DNA of 64,000 nucleotides from Saprospiraceae bacterium (GTDB taxonomy: Bacteria > Bacteroidota > Bacteroidia > Chitinophagales > Saprospiraceae), in NCBI GenBank assembly GCA_016715105.1, contig JADKBO010000004.1:5159-69158 (forward strand), written 5' to 3'. The stretch's first letter is position 1; each line of letters starts with the position of its first letter. Made by a program: the position numbers and the translations under genes. Below, piece by piece: positions 9,270-19,794 of this stretch. The notes below the pieces were generated by a model, which saw nothing but the letters and a program-made list of their open reading frames with translations, was not told the DNA's origin and ran no database searches.

Positions 9270-11090
9270 ATGAATAATTATGTGAATGATTTCGTAGTAC
9301 GATTTGCAAATGTAAATGGTACTGGTTCTGCAAGTGCAAACAATATGTTTGCCAAAAGTATATTCAGGATGGGCATTCCTGTTGCTCCAAAAAATATTTT
9401 TCCTTCCAATATACAAGGATTACCAACTTGGTATGAAGTGCGTGTGAGTGAAAAAGGATATTTGGGCAGAAGAGAGGGAATTGATGTGATGGTTGCAGTA
9501 AATCCTCAAAGTTTTGCACGAGACGTTGCCGATGTCAAACCAGGTGGTTATCTCATATATGATAGTACAAAGCCCTTACACCAAGAATTGCGCAACGACA
9601 TTACATTTATAGGTGTGCCCATGACGGCTTTGTGCTTAGAACATTACAGCGTCCCAAGGTTGCAACAATTGTTTAAAAATATTGTCTATGTCGGTGCTTT
9701 ATCCAAACTCCTGGATATCGAAGTGAGCGTATTTGAAGAAATTTTTGCCGAGCAATTTGCTGGTAAAGAAAAATTAATTGCACCAAATATGCAAGCCCTT
9801 AATTTGGGGCGGGATTACATTGCAGAACATTACAATTTTCCTCTGAAGTTCAGATTAGAAAGAAGAGATCTTGTAAAAGATGCTATATTAATTGATGGCA
9901 ATACTGCTTGTGGAATTGGCGCAGTGTACGGAGGAGCAACGGTTGCGGCATGGTATCCCATCACACCATCAACTTCACTAATGGATGGATTTGATAAATA
10001 TGCGGCCAAACTTCGAATAGACGCAGAGACAGGAAAGAGAAACTATGCCATCGTGCAAATGGAAGATGAATTGGCTTCTATGGGCGTTGTCATCGGAGCA
10101 GGGTGGAATGGAGCCAGAGCTTTTACAGCAACCTCTGGACCTGGAGTGTCATTGATGAGTGAGTTTATAGGCTTGTCCTACTTTGCAGAAGTTCCTGCTG
10201 TATTAGTAGATGTACAAAGAGGCGGGCCTTCTACCGGTATGCCAACCAGAACTCAGCAGTCTGATTTGATTTCAGCAGCTTATGCTTCCCATGGAGATAC
10301 TAAACATATCTTACTTTTCCCTTCCACTCCCAAGGAATGTTTTGACATGATGGCCATGTCTTTTGACTTAGCTGAGCAATTACAAACCTTGGTCATAGTG
10401 ATGACGGACCTTGATTTGGGTATGAATGACCATATGTCTCCCCCTTTTGAGTGGGACGATCAAAAGGCTTATCAACGTGGCAAGGTATTGAATGCACAAC
10501 AAATTGAAGAAGCCATTGACTGGGGTAGGTATAAAGATGTGGACGGCGATGGAATTCCTTACAGAACATTGCCAGGTACTCATCCATCAAAAGGAGCTTA
10601 TTTCACTCGAGGAACTTCCAGAGACGAATATGCAAAATATACGGAAGAAGGTGCACCATATGTGAGAAATATGGATAGACTTTTGAAAAAATGGGAAACA
10701 GCAAAATCGTATGTACCAAGACCTGAGATCGTCAGATTTGAGCAGGATGCATCAGAAGGGCTTATTTACTTTGGCACTACTGCATGGGCTGCAAAAGAAT
10801 GCACAGATCGCATGGAAATGGAAGGAGTGTTACTCAATGCCATGAGGATTAAGGCTTTCCCTTTCAATCAAGAAGTAAGTGACTACATCCATGCACATGA
10901 CATCATTTATGTGGTAGAGCAAAATAGGGACGCCCAACTCAAAACGTTGTTGGTCAATGAATTGAGTATAGATCCAAATAAGTTAATTAGTATTCTGAAT
11001 TATGATGGTTTTCCGATTACCGCAGATAAAATAGGAAATTTAATTCATCAACTCAAACCGTCAGCTGTTACAGACACGGCTTTCAAATAA
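9270..11090 (+). CDS. korA: 2-oxoacid:ferredoxin (acceptor) oxidoreductase, alpha subunit
   Basis: 606 aa with fused gamma/alpha-type domains (FANVNGTGSASANNMFAKS; AAWYPITPST; GPGVSLMSEFIGL). It starts 3 nt after the upstream stop codon. Confidence 0.9.
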   Translation: MNNYVNDFVVRFANVNGTGSASANNMFAKSIFRMGIPVAPKNIFPSNIQGLPTWYEVRVSEKGYLGRREGIDVMVAVNPQSFARDVADVKPGGYLIYDSTKPLHQELRNDITFIGVPMTALCLEHYSVPRLQQLFKNIVYVGALSKLLDIEVSVFEEIFAEQFAGKEKLIAPNMQALNLGRDYIAEHYNFPLKFRLERRDLVKDAILIDGNTACGIGAVYGGATVAAWYPITPSTSLMDGFDKYAAKLRIDAETGKRNYAIVQMEDELASMGVVIGAGWNGARAFTATSGPGVSLMSEFIGLSYFAEVPAVLVDVQRGGPSTGMPTRTQQSDLISAAYASHGDTKHILLFPSTPKECFDMMAMSFDLAEQLQTLVIVMTDLDLGMNDHMSPPFEWDDQKAYQRGKVLNAQQIEEAIDWGRYKDVDGDGIPYRTLPGTHPSKGAYFTRGTSRDEYAKYTEEGAPYVRNMDRLLKKWETAKSYVPRPEIVRFEQDASEGLIYFGTTAWAAKECTDRMEMEGVLLNAMRIKAFPFNQEVSDYIHAHDIIYVVEQNRDAQLKTLLVNELSIDPNKLISILNYDGFPITADKIGNLIHQLKPSAVTDTAFK

Positions 11091-11111
11091 CATAACAAAG
11101 GCGAGCATAAA

Positions 11112-12164
11112 ATGACATATATAAAACCGGCTTTCAGACACCCAGACCTACAACCAAATGCCATAGGTTTTCATAAAAAAGATTATGAAGGTGCAATTTC
11201 TACGCTTTGTGCTGGCTGTGGACACGACAGCATCAGTAGTGCCATCGTCCAAGCATGTTTTGACTTGGCCATTGAGCCACACAAAATTGCCAAGATCAGT
11301 GGTATTGGATGTTCATCAAAAACACCCACTTATTACTTGGGCCAATCGCATGGATTTAATTCAGTGCACGGAAGAATGCCATCTGTAGCAACTGGTGCAT
11401 ATTTGGCCAATAGGAATTTGAAATATATTGGTGTTTCTGGAGACGGGGACACGGCTTCCATTGGTATGGGCCAATTTGTACATGCCATTCGCAGAAATTT
11501 GAATGTTGTCTATATTGTGATGAATAATGGTTGTTATGGATTGACGAAAGGTCAAGATAGTGCAACTGCAGATGAAGGCAGCATCAGTAAAAAAGGTCAG
11601 GCAAACCCATTTGAAGCCATTGATTTAGCTTCCCTAGCGATGGAATTGGGAGCGACATTTGTGGGTAGGAGTTTTTCTGGTGATAAAACTCAATTAATTC
11701 CCTTGATCAAAGCGGCATTATCACACCCTGGATTTGCATTTTTGGATGTCATTTCCCCTTGCGTGACTTTCAATAATAATAAAGGCTCTACCAAGAGTTA
11801 CGATTATACTCGTGAGCATATTGAGGCTACTGGCACGATGGACTTTGTGCCATTTGAGCAAGAAATCACTGTTGATTATCCAGAAGGAAGTAGTAAAAGT
11901 ATCGCCATGCACGATGGGAGTATCATTGAACTCAGCAAATTGGCTAATGGTTGGGATCCGCAAGATAGGATGGCGTCTTTTATGAAAATACAAGAAGCAA
12001 GAATCAAGGGTCAAATACTTACCGGGCTTTTATATATTGATCCTGAAACAAAAGATTTGCACCAAATGCTCAATACTACAGAAAAGTCTCTAAATCAGTT
12101 GGAAGCCAATGTATTATCGCCTGGTTTGAAAAGTTTGGTTGATATCAATAATGAGTATAGATAA
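11112..12164 (+). CDS. korB: 2-oxoacid:ferredoxin oxidoreductase, beta (TPP-binding) subunit
   Basis: 350 aa with a Cys motif (LCAGCGHDSI) and a TPP-binding GDGD motif (GVSGDGDTASIGMGQFVHAIRRN). Confidence 0.9.
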   Translation: MTYIKPAFRHPDLQPNAIGFHKKDYEGAISTLCAGCGHDSISSAIVQACFDLAIEPHKIAKISGIGCSSKTPTYYLGQSHGFNSVHGRMPSVATGAYLANRNLKYIGVSGDGDTASIGMGQFVHAIRRNLNVVYIVMNNGCYGLTKGQDSATADEGSISKKGQANPFEAIDLASLAMELGATFVGRSFSGDKTQLIPLIKAALSHPGFAFLDVISPCVTFNNNKGSTKSYDYTREHIEATGTMDFVPFEQEITVDYPEGSSKSIAMHDGSIIELSKLANGWDPQDRMASFMKIQEARIKGQILTGLLYIDPETKDLHQMLNTTEKSLNQLEANVLSPGLKSLVDINNEYR

Positions 12165-12849
12165 AAACATTCTCCCAATTCAGCATAAACAACGTACACA
12201 ACTGATATTAAACGCGGCTGTGATTCTGATGGCCGCTTGTGCTATTTTTTTTCTTTACGAAGACGAGAAGTTCATTTATAGGATTTGTAAACCTATTACA
12301 ACGGTTCTATTGATTTTTATGGTTTTTACCCTTGGTAATAAGTCTGTGAAGCCATTCCATTCTTTGATGAGTTACGCTTTCATTTTTTGTTTGATAGGGG
12401 ATGTACTGTTAATGTTTGAATCTGCTTTTATTTTCGGTTTGCTCTCCTTTTTGATCGCTCACCTACTTTTTTTTAAAGCATTCACAAGCAAGGGCGGATT
12501 AAAAAAGCAATATGGCGTTTTGATGGTCTTGTTGGTGATTGGTTTAGCAATATTTACCTATTTATTTCCCTATCTGGGAAGTTTAAAAATACCTGTCATT
12601 TTATATGTTCTGGCTATTCTATGTATGTGTTGGCAAGGTATAGGGCTTTATCTCCAGGATCAACAACTGGCAAATAAATTCCTCATGGTTGGCGTACTTT
12701 TGTTTCTTTTTTCAGATGCAATTTTGGCAATAAACAAATTCGCACACCAATTTCCTCTTGCGGATTTCTTGATTTTGTCAAGTTATTGGGGAGCGTTACT
12801 ATGTATAGCCAATGGAGTTGTACTGGTCAAAACCGATTATGCATCATAG
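12151..12849 (+). CDS. YhhN-family membrane protein (lysoplasmalogenase-like)
   Basis: About 232 aa and 7-8 TM helices, with YhhN-like motifs (FCLIGDVLLM, LFLFSDAILAINKF). ATG at 12151 is preferred over TTG at 12139. The gene overlaps the end of korB. Confidence 0.8.
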   Translation: MSIDKNILPIQHKQRTQLILNAAVILMAACAIFFLYEDEKFIYRICKPITTVLLIFMVFTLGNKSVKPFHSLMSYAFIFCLIGDVLLMFESAFIFGLLSFLIAHLLFFKAFTSKGGLKKQYGVLMVLLVIGLAIFTYLFPYLGSLKIPVILYVLAILCMCWQGIGLYLQDQQLANKFLMVGVLLFLFSDAILAINKFAHQFPLADFLILSSYWGALLCIANGVVLVKTDYAS

Positions 12850-13880
12850 GATGTTTGATAGACTTCCTCTGTGGCCTCGACAAGTTCCTGAATGAAAGGA
12901 ACACCAGCAAAAACGGTCAGTATTTCATCCAAGGTATCATAAAGTTCCGCGTGATCCATTGTGGAAACAAGTCTTGCTCTGTAAGGCTTGATATTAGGTA
13001 AGTTTTTGAAATAATTGGTGTAATGTCTGCGCATTTCTACTACACCCAGTTTATCTCCTTTCCACTCAATTGATCTGGTAAGATGTTCTTTAGCTGCATC
13101 AACCCTCTCCTGTAAAGTAGGCGGATCGAGTAGGGTACCTGTTTTTATATAATGTTTGATTTCTCTAAAAATCCATGGATAACCAATGCTGGCTCTGCCG
13201 ATCATCACACCGTCAACGCCATATTTATTTTTATATGCAACTGCTTTTTCTGGAGTATCAATGTCACCATTTCCAAAAACTGGAATATGCATCCTTGGGT
13301 TTTCTTTTACCTTGGCAATTTCAGACCAATCTGCTTCACCTTTATACATTTGTTTACGAGTGCGACCATGAATGGAGATGCCCTGAATGCCTACATCTTG
13401 CAATCTTTCTGCCACTTCAACAATGTGAATACTATTGTCATCCCAGCCCAGTCTGGTTTTTACAGTAACTGGAAGATTGGTTGATTTTACAATTTCTTCA
13501 GTCAGCTTCACCATGAGTGGGATATTCTGCAAGATGCCTGCTCCAGCCAATCTACAAACAACCTTCTTCACCGGGCAACCGTAGTTGATGTCAATCAATT
13601 CGGGTTTGGCTTGTTCTACGATCTCAGTAGCTAGACGCATAGACTCAATTTCTGCCCCAAAAATCTGGATACCAATCGGTCTTTCATCGTCATAAATGTC
13701 CAATTTTTGCACACTTTTGTCTGCATCCCTGATGAGACCTTCCACAGAAATAAATTCTGTATACATCATATCACAGCCTTGTGCTTTACAAAGTGCTCTG
13801 AAAGGTGGGTCGCTCACATCTTCCATTGGCGCAAGAAGCAGTGGAAATTCGCCTAGGTCTAAGTTCCCTATTTTTGCCAT
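12837..13880 (-). CDS. dusB: tRNA-dihydrouridine synthase (DusB-like)
   Basis: 347 aa with a Dus TIM-barrel signature (LLLAPMEDVSDPPFR, INYGCPVKKV, ISIHGRTRKQMYKGEADW). Confidence 0.9.
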   Translation of the reverse strand: MAKIGNLDLGEFPLLLAPMEDVSDPPFRALCKAQGCDMMYTEFISVEGLIRDADKSVQKLDIYDDERPIGIQIFGAEIESMRLATEIVEQAKPELIDINYGCPVKKVVCRLAGAGILQNIPLMVKLTEEIVKSTNLPVTVKTRLGWDDNSIHIVEVAERLQDVGIQGISIHGRTRKQMYKGEADWSEIAKVKENPRMHIPVFGNGDIDTPEKAVAYKNKYGVDGVMIGRASIGYPWIFREIKHYIKTGTLLDPPTLQERVDAAKEHLTRSIEWKGDKLGVVEMRRHYTNYFKNLPNIKPYRARLVSTMDHAELYDTLDEILTVFAGVPFIQELVEATEEVYQTSYDA

Positions 13881-13887
13881 TGGAAGT

Positions 13888-15378
13888 TTACTTTATATAT
13901 TTTGATTTTACCTCGCTAAATGCAGGTAATTGTTTCTTGTGCCATTTGTAGACGATTTTTCCATCCTTCCACAACACAATACCGGGATTTGATCTTACAA
14001 TGGTTTTGAGTAGAATGTCATCAGCTGTAAAATATCTTACACCCTCAACACCCAATTGGCTTTCTAATGCTTTCGAAGCCTCAACACCTAGTCCACCAGT
14101 TAGAATACTTACTTCATTGCCGTCGGCTATTGCTTCTTGCATGAAAGTTTTTAATGGTCCAGCAAAATCTTCAAAGTAAGCTTTTTCAAAAATGTAAGAA
14201 TTGGATGTTACTTCTTTTTGTAAAATGGTATCCAGCCTCATTACAACTGAAGTATCTTTTAAAGTAATGACCGTGTCACTCACAAAAATACTATCAGGAA
14301 CCATTTTTTTGGAAGATTCTATATTGAGATAAGATTTGTGACTGACGAGCATAAAGTGGTATTTTGGATTTTCCAAATAAACATCTGTAACATCACTGCC
14401 TTCATGTGTTTCTATATGGAAGTCTGATATTTTAGTGTGTGCAACAGTGGGTTCTGTTTTGATTTGATCTATGGTTTCCCATACTTCAGCAGGGTAGGCA
14501 GCATAGTTTTTCATGTAATCATTGTATGCCACTTCTTTTACTTCTCCTGTCTCTTTATTTTTTAATACAAAAGCCAATACTTTGACTGCACCAGCAGCAT
14601 CTTTTTCTTCTTTGTACTTGGCAGCAACATCAGCACCAATTTTGAAAGGACGGAAATCAAATTGCGGCAATTGCCAAACATAATTGCTCATACAATAGTA
14701 AAGCAGGCAAAGTGTAGAAATGCCCAACATCCAAGACCTGTTAACAGGTGTGAATAATTGGTGCATCAATTTTGATTTTACGACAAACAAAATAGCCGGA
14801 ACCAATAATACCAAATCTTTAAAGAAAGAAACCCTAGGCACTAATTTTAAGAAATCACCAAAACAACCGCAATCAGTAACACGCATGTTGGTTTCCTTGT
14901 ACGGTCCCCATTGTGCAAAATCAAAGAAATTTACACCTGATGGCACATAGGCGGTTAAGTAAGTAAATCCTGTCAAAAAAGCAAAAAACAAAATCATCAG
15001 TAAAAACAACCAAGCAGTCAACTTTGGCCTGCTTCCTACGACAAGCATGATTCCCAGTATGATTTCTAATACAATCATAAAAACTGAGAAACCTATTGAG
15101 TACTCAGAAAGCCATGGAAACAATGGAGCTAAAAACGAAGCACTTGTAGCCTGGAAAGTTGTCTCAAATTCTGCAAAATATTGTTCCATCTTGTAGGCCG
15201 TTCCTAAAGGGTCGATTGCCTTGACGAATCCAGAAAAAATAAAAAGCAATCCTGTGAAATTTTGGAGATAAGACATCCACCAAGCTTTTGACTTCTTGGT
15301 ACCTAAAACTATTACCATAGTAAGGATGATGGCAGCAATAGCTATGTATATCGATAATTTACCTAATGTTAAATTCAT
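13888..15378 (-). CDS. DoxX/MauE-like multi-pass membrane protein with a large C-terminal soluble (thioredoxin-like?) domain
   Basis: 496 aa. The N-terminal ~230 aa are hydrophobic with a DoxX-like segment (LLFIFSGFVKAIDPLGTAYKMEQYF) and a CGCFG motif. The fold assignment of the C-terminal half is tentative. Confidence 0.65.
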   Translation of the reverse strand: MNLTLGKLSIYIAIAAIILTMVIVLGTKKSKAWWMSYLQNFTGLLFIFSGFVKAIDPLGTAYKMEQYFAEFETTFQATSASFLAPLFPWLSEYSIGFSVFMIVLEIILGIMLVVGSRPKLTAWLFLLMILFFAFLTGFTYLTAYVPSGVNFFDFAQWGPYKETNMRVTDCGCFGDFLKLVPRVSFFKDLVLLVPAILFVVKSKLMHQLFTPVNRSWMLGISTLCLLYYCMSNYVWQLPQFDFRPFKIGADVAAKYKEEKDAAGAVKVLAFVLKNKETGEVKEVAYNDYMKNYAAYPAEVWETIDQIKTEPTVAHTKISDFHIETHEGSDVTDVYLENPKYHFMLVSHKSYLNIESSKKMVPDSIFVSDTVITLKDTSVVMRLDTILQKEVTSNSYIFEKAYFEDFAGPLKTFMQEAIADGNEVSILTGGLGVEASKALESQLGVEGVRYFTADDILLKTIVRSNPGIVLWKDGKIVYKWHKKQLPAFSEVKSKYIK

Positions 15379-15514
15379 ATATTTAAATACTTCGTTCTGA
15401 TTTTGGATAGAGTTGCAAAATTAAGTAATTCAATAGTTTATTCTGTTAACAAAAGCCAAATATTGAAGCATTTTGGTCTTATAATGCTCATATTAAACCA
15501 TTAATGACAAAATT

Positions 15515-16270
15515 TTAATATATGTCCATGATGTTTTTTACTCCAATGGTTCTTTCTACTGTAAAACCTTCTCCATAAAGGGCTCCAATATCTCTGCCAT
15601 GCATCATGTTTTTTGCCTTTATAAAGTCCAAAAACTCTTTACCAGATATGGGGGTTACCGGTTCTTTGGAGTTTGGGTCAAAAAATTGAGTTTTAAATAA
15701 TAAAATGCTCTCCATTTTTTTATCAATGTATGGACTTATATCTACGACAAAATCGGGCTTGTGGTGTCTGTCTTGGATATAATGATAGATGACTTTTGGC
15801 CTATGTGGCCCTAGTTGATTACCTGCGTCATCTGTCACTTGTATTTTTTCTAAACCTGCGTAAAAGCAAGCGTCAGATATCAATTTAGAAGCCCTACCAT
15901 GATCTGGATGACGATCATCGATGGCATTTGCTAGCACAACTTTTGGCTTGGCTATTCTAATGATGCGTACAATGGCTTCTACTGAGGATTGACCAAAAGC
16001 CATAAACCCATCTTGAAGACCCAAATTTGCCCGAAAATCTACTCCCAAAAATGCTGCAGCATTTTTTGCCTCGTCAAACCTGGTTTCTGTAGTACCTCTG
16101 GTACCCAATTCTCCTTGTGTCAGATCGCATATACCCACTGAATTACCTAATGTTATTTGATGAAGTATAGTCCCACTACAACTTAATTCTACATCATCTG
16201 GGTGTACACCAATTGCAAGAATTTCTACTTGCTTTGGTTTGTTATATATTTCTATTAATTTGTTATTCAA
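15515..16270 (-). CDS. bshB1: Bacillithiol biosynthesis deacetylase BshB1 (PIG-L/LmbE family)
   Basis: 251 aa with LmbE motifs (ILAIGVHPDDVELSCSGT, DLTQGELGTRG, HPDH). Confidence 0.85.
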   Translation of the reverse strand: MNNKLIEIYNKPKQVEILAIGVHPDDVELSCSGTILHQITLGNSVGICDLTQGELGTRGTTETRFDEAKNAAAFLGVDFRANLGLQDGFMAFGQSSVEAIVRIIRIAKPKVVLANAIDDRHPDHGRASKLISDACFYAGLEKIQVTDDAGNQLGPHRPKVIYHYIQDRHHKPDFVVDISPYIDKKMESILLFKTQFFDPNSKEPVTPISGKEFLDFIKAKNMMHGRDIGALYGEGFTVERTIGVKNIMDIY

Positions 16271-16377
16271 TGTTTTATAATTAGTTGGTGAATGTAGAAA
16301 TTCAGGCTTTTAATTCTTGTGTGTAGTTTGATAGGACAAAAATACAATACTTAAGTTCATATTTGAATGAAAGGCAG

Positions 16378-17070
16378 TCAGTTGTTGACATCAAAATTAA
16401 GGATATTGGCAATTCTGGAAAACTCTCCAAATTCTGCAGCTTCAATGATTATTTCACTGGATGTATGAGGGTGTATAAATTTTAGTTTGGTGGCATGCAA
16501 CATCATCTCATTCAACTCAAAAGTTTCTAAGAAAAATTTATTCTGTTTGTTGCAACCATGCGGTCTATCTCCGATGATGGGGTGGAAAATGTGCGAAAGG
16601 TGCTTTCTGAGTTGCTGTTGTCTTCCTGTCTGCGGGTACAATTCCACCAAGCTATACCTCGAACTTGGGTGTTTCCATGAGCAATAGGGTATTTCGGTAT
16701 GTGCTATTGTTTTACCAAATGTTAAGGCTTCCTGGAGTTTATTTTTATCATTGATGATGGCATAGTCTATTTCAAAATCAGGTGAGGTGTGACCCCTGAC
16801 AATTGCCCTATAGGTTTTTGAAATTTCATTTTCTGCAAATTTCTTATTCATCAGGGATTGGGTATTTTGGTCAAGGGCAAACAAAAGCACGCCACTTGTT
16901 TTTCTATCCAATCTGTGAACTGGATAAACCCTTTGACCTATTTGATCTCTCAAATTTGGTAGGACCAAGGTGGATGCTTGGTTATCCAGTTTTGTCCTGT
17001 GTACGAAAAAACCGCAAGGTTTGTTTATCGCTATCAGGTGTTCATCTTGGTATAAAATGTCAAAGATCAT
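16378..17070 (-). CDS. RluA-family pseudouridine synthase (TruC-like)
   Basis: 230 aa with the catalytic motif HRLDRKTSGVLLFA. It has no S4 domain, and the N-terminus ILYQDEHLIAINKP resembles TruC. Confidence 0.85.
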   Translation of the reverse strand: MIFDILYQDEHLIAINKPCGFFVHRTKLDNQASTLVLPNLRDQIGQRVYPVHRLDRKTSGVLLFALDQNTQSLMNKKFAENEISKTYRAIVRGHTSPDFEIDYAIINDKNKLQEALTFGKTIAHTEIPYCSWKHPSSRYSLVELYPQTGRQQQLRKHLSHIFHPIIGDRPHGCNKQNKFFLETFELNEMMLHATKLKFIHPHTSSEIIIEAAEFGEFSRIANILNFDVNN

Positions 17071-17101
17071 TGTGTTAGTGAAAATAGTTGAAGATAGTAA
17101 T

Positions 17102-17165
17102 GATTCATGAATTATGGCATTATAAAATATTTATAATCAATTAGTTAATGCCATAATTATGAATC
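17102..17165. repeat. Long AT-rich inverted repeat (hairpin) in a divergent promoter region
   Basis: The arm gattcatgaattatggcatta (17102-17122) pairs with taatgccataattatgaatc (17146-17165). This gives 20 bp with one bulged g and a 23-nt loop. Confidence 0.6.
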
Positions 17166-17453
17166 TTTTATTCATTTGTAAATAGCCTTTTTTTAAAAGT
17201 GAAAGGTTGTTTTAATAATCACGCCCTTTGATTTTTTATAGTTGTAAACCAATCTCGAGCAAAAGTACATCTATATCATTGAGATTTCATTTTGTCTTTC
17301 AATAAGCGCAAATAAATTATTTGAACATAGCACTCCTTTGTTTTAAGGAATCTTGAATGTAAAGGAATTTAACTATAAGATTTCGCTATCAAAAATTATC
17401 TTTGTCGTGCCCTTAGATACACTAAACATTTATAAGGGTGAATAGCGTAGATT

Positions 17454-18113
17454 ATGATAAAAGCACAAGGAATTACCAAAGCTTATGGAAATCTAAAAGT
17501 CCTCAAAGGTGTAGATTTAGAGATAGAAATGGGGAAAATCATTTCCATTCTAGGTAAAAGTGGTGCAGGTAAAAGTACTTTATTACACATTTTGGGCACT
17601 TTAGATGTGCCAGATGAAGGTGTGTTGTCGATAGATGGAGAAGTGCTTACCAATATGAAAGAAAAATCACTTGCAAAATATCGGAATCAAAACTTAGGAT
17701 TTGTTTTTCAGTTTCATCATTTGCTGGATGAGTTTACTGCCCTTGAAAATGTTTGCATTCCAGCTTATATTGCTAAAACCAATCAAAAAATAGTAGAGCG
17801 CAAAGCAAAGGAACTATTGGACTATCTTGGATTGAAAGACAGGATGGACCATAAACCAAACCAACTTTCTGGAGGAGAACAGCAACGGGTCGCAGTCGCC
17901 AGAGCCTTAATCAATCAGCCCAAGGTCGTATTGGCCGACGAACCTACGGGTAATCTAGACAATACAAGTTCCAGAGAAATGCACGAATTATTTTTGAAAC
18001 TTCGAAACGATTTCAATCAAACCTTTGTCATCGTTACACACAACGAAGAGCTTGCTCAAATGAGTAATAAAAGGTATTTTATGGTTGATGGGAAAATTGA
18101 TTCCATCGATTAA
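17454..18113 (+). CDS. ABC transporter ATP-binding protein (LolD/MacB-ATPase-like)
   Basis: 219 aa with Walker A (GKSGAGKST), the ABC signature (LSGGEQQR) and Walker B ([11 protein letters not shown]). No permease gene is adjacent. Confidence 0.85.
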   Translation: MIKAQGITKAYGNLKVLKGVDLEIEMGKIISILGKSGAGKSTLLHILGTLDVPDEGVLSIDGEVLTNMKEKSLAKYRNQNLGFVFQFHHLLDEFTALENVCIPAYIAKTNQKIVERKAKELLDYLGLKDRMDHKPNQLSGGEQQRVAVARALINQPKVVLADEPTGNLDNTSSREMHELFLKLRNDFNQTFVIVTHNEELAQMSNKRYFMVDGKIDSID

Positions 18114-18138
18114 TTGTAAATGCTAATAATCAAGTAAA

Positions 18139-19794
18139 ATGCTCAAGTCTCTATATGTAAAGAATTATGCCTTGATAGATGAGCTCGAAATCGACTTTTC
18201 AGAAAGGTTAAACATCATCACGGGTGAAACAGGTGCTGGTAAATCTATTATGCTTGGAGCCCTTGGTTTGATTATGGGTAAAAGGGCCGATGTAAAAGTA
18301 CTTGCTGATGAAACAAACAAGTGTGTCGTAGAGGCTAAGTTTGATATCAAACAAGATGGCTTGCAAACTTATTTTGAAGACAATGATTTGGAATATGCTG
18401 ACGAATTGATCATCAGAAGGGAAATTTTGCCTTCAGGTAAGTCGCGGGCATTCATCAATGATTCACCAGCTACTCTGGATATCCTGCAGCAATTGAGCGA
18501 TGGATTGATTGATTTGCACCAACAGTTTGATACACTTGATCTGTACAAAACTTCTTTCCAGATCAAAGTTTTGGACGCTTTGGCGGGCAATGCCCAGGTT
18601 TTGAAAGATTATCAAGCTTTGTTGATACAATACAGAACAAAAGTCACAGGCCTGAAAAAATTGATTTCAGAGCGAGATTTAAAATCAAAAGAGCTTGATT
18701 TTTTGAAATATCAACTTTCAGAACTTTCCCAAATCAAATTGCAGAAAGGAGAATATGAAACATTGGAAGAAGAACTCGATGTTTTATCAAGCAGTGAAGA
18801 AATAAAATCAGTAGCACTACTCTTGAGTAATGGTTTGGAGCAACAAGAACCATCGGTAATAAGTACCATTCAAGAAATGGTGAGACAAACAAGTTTTATA
18901 CAAGAAAAGGATAAACGTTTTGTTGCACTTCATGATCGGTTGGTGGTGATATTAGAAGAAGCAAAAGACATTGCCAATGATGCAGAACGCATCTTTGAGA
19001 GTACAGAATATGATGGTAAACGCATTGATTTTGTGCAAGAAAGATTGGCGGTCATACACAAAATGTTTAAAAAACACCAAGCCAACTCTAGCGAAGAGCT
19101 GTTAAGTATCATTGAAGGTATTGAGCTGAAAATCAGAGAAATAGATGGATCTGACGAAACGATCACACAATATGAAATGGAAATTCAAAGGATAGAAAAA
19201 GATCTTGAACATTTGGCTGCATCACTGAGTAAAAGCAGGCAAGGGGTGATCAAAGGTTTGACAACCAACCTTTTGAAAGTTCTGAGTGAAATGGCGATGG
19301 GCGGAGCCAGTTTTGAGGTGGAAGTTAAAAGCCAAGCTCAATTTTTAGATACTGGCAAAGACCAGGTTGAATTTTTCTTTTCAGCCAACAAAGGATCAAA
19401 ACTGCAAAAGCTCAAGGATGTCGCTTCTGGAGGAGAAACTTCTAGATTTGCTTTAGCTGTGAAGTCAATTATTGCCAATGCCATGCACCTGAGTACGATG
19501 ATTTTTGATGAAATTGATACAGGCATATCTGGGGAAGTTGCGCACAGAATGGGTGAGATAATGAAACAACTGAGCGAAAAACACCAAATCATTACCATTA
19601 CCCACTCACCACAGATTGCTGCGAAAGCAGACAACCACTATTTTGTTTTCAAACAAGAGGATGGTAAAAGGACCAATTCAGCGATCAAGCTACTGGATGA
19701 AGAAAATAAAGTAATGGAAATTGCAAAAATGTTGAGTGGCGCAAAACCTTCAGATGCAGCGATTGCAAATGCTAGAAGTTTGATCAATCAGTGA
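18139..19794 (+). CDS. recN: DNA repair protein RecN
   Basis: 551 aa with an N-terminal Walker A (ITGETGAGKSI), a long coiled-coil middle region and a C-terminal SMC-like signature (ASGGETSRFALA, FDEIDTGISG). Confidence 0.95.
   Translation: MLKSLYVKNYALIDELEIDFSERLNIITGETGAGKSIMLGALGLIMGKRADVKVLADETNKCVVEAKFDIKQDGLQTYFEDNDLEYADELIIRREILPSGKSRAFINDSPATLDILQQLSDGLIDLHQQFDTLDLYKTSFQIKVLDALAGNAQVLKDYQALLIQYRTKVTGLKKLISERDLKSKELDFLKYQLSELSQIKLQKGEYETLEEELDVLSSSEEIKSVALLLSNGLEQQEPSVISTIQEMVRQTSFIQEKDKRFVALHDRLVVILEEAKDIANDAERIFESTEYDGKRIDFVQERLAVIHKMFKKHQANSSEELLSIIEGIELKIREIDGSDETITQYEMEIQRIEKDLEHLAASLSKSRQGVIKGLTTNLLKVLSEMAMGGASFEVEVKSQAQFLDTGKDQVEFFFSANKGSKLQKLKDVASGGETSRFALAVKSIIANAMHLSTMIFDEIDTGISGEVAHRMGEIMKQLSEKHQIITITHSPQIAAKADNHYFVFKQEDGKRTNSAIKLLDEENKVMEIAKMLSGAKPSDAAIANARSLINQ

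Noticed and set aside
12139-12150. TTG start for the YhhN-family gene
   Set aside because: The ATG at 12151 gives a shorter overlap with korB and a normal N-terminus. The TTG is simply the first permitted codon in the ORF track.
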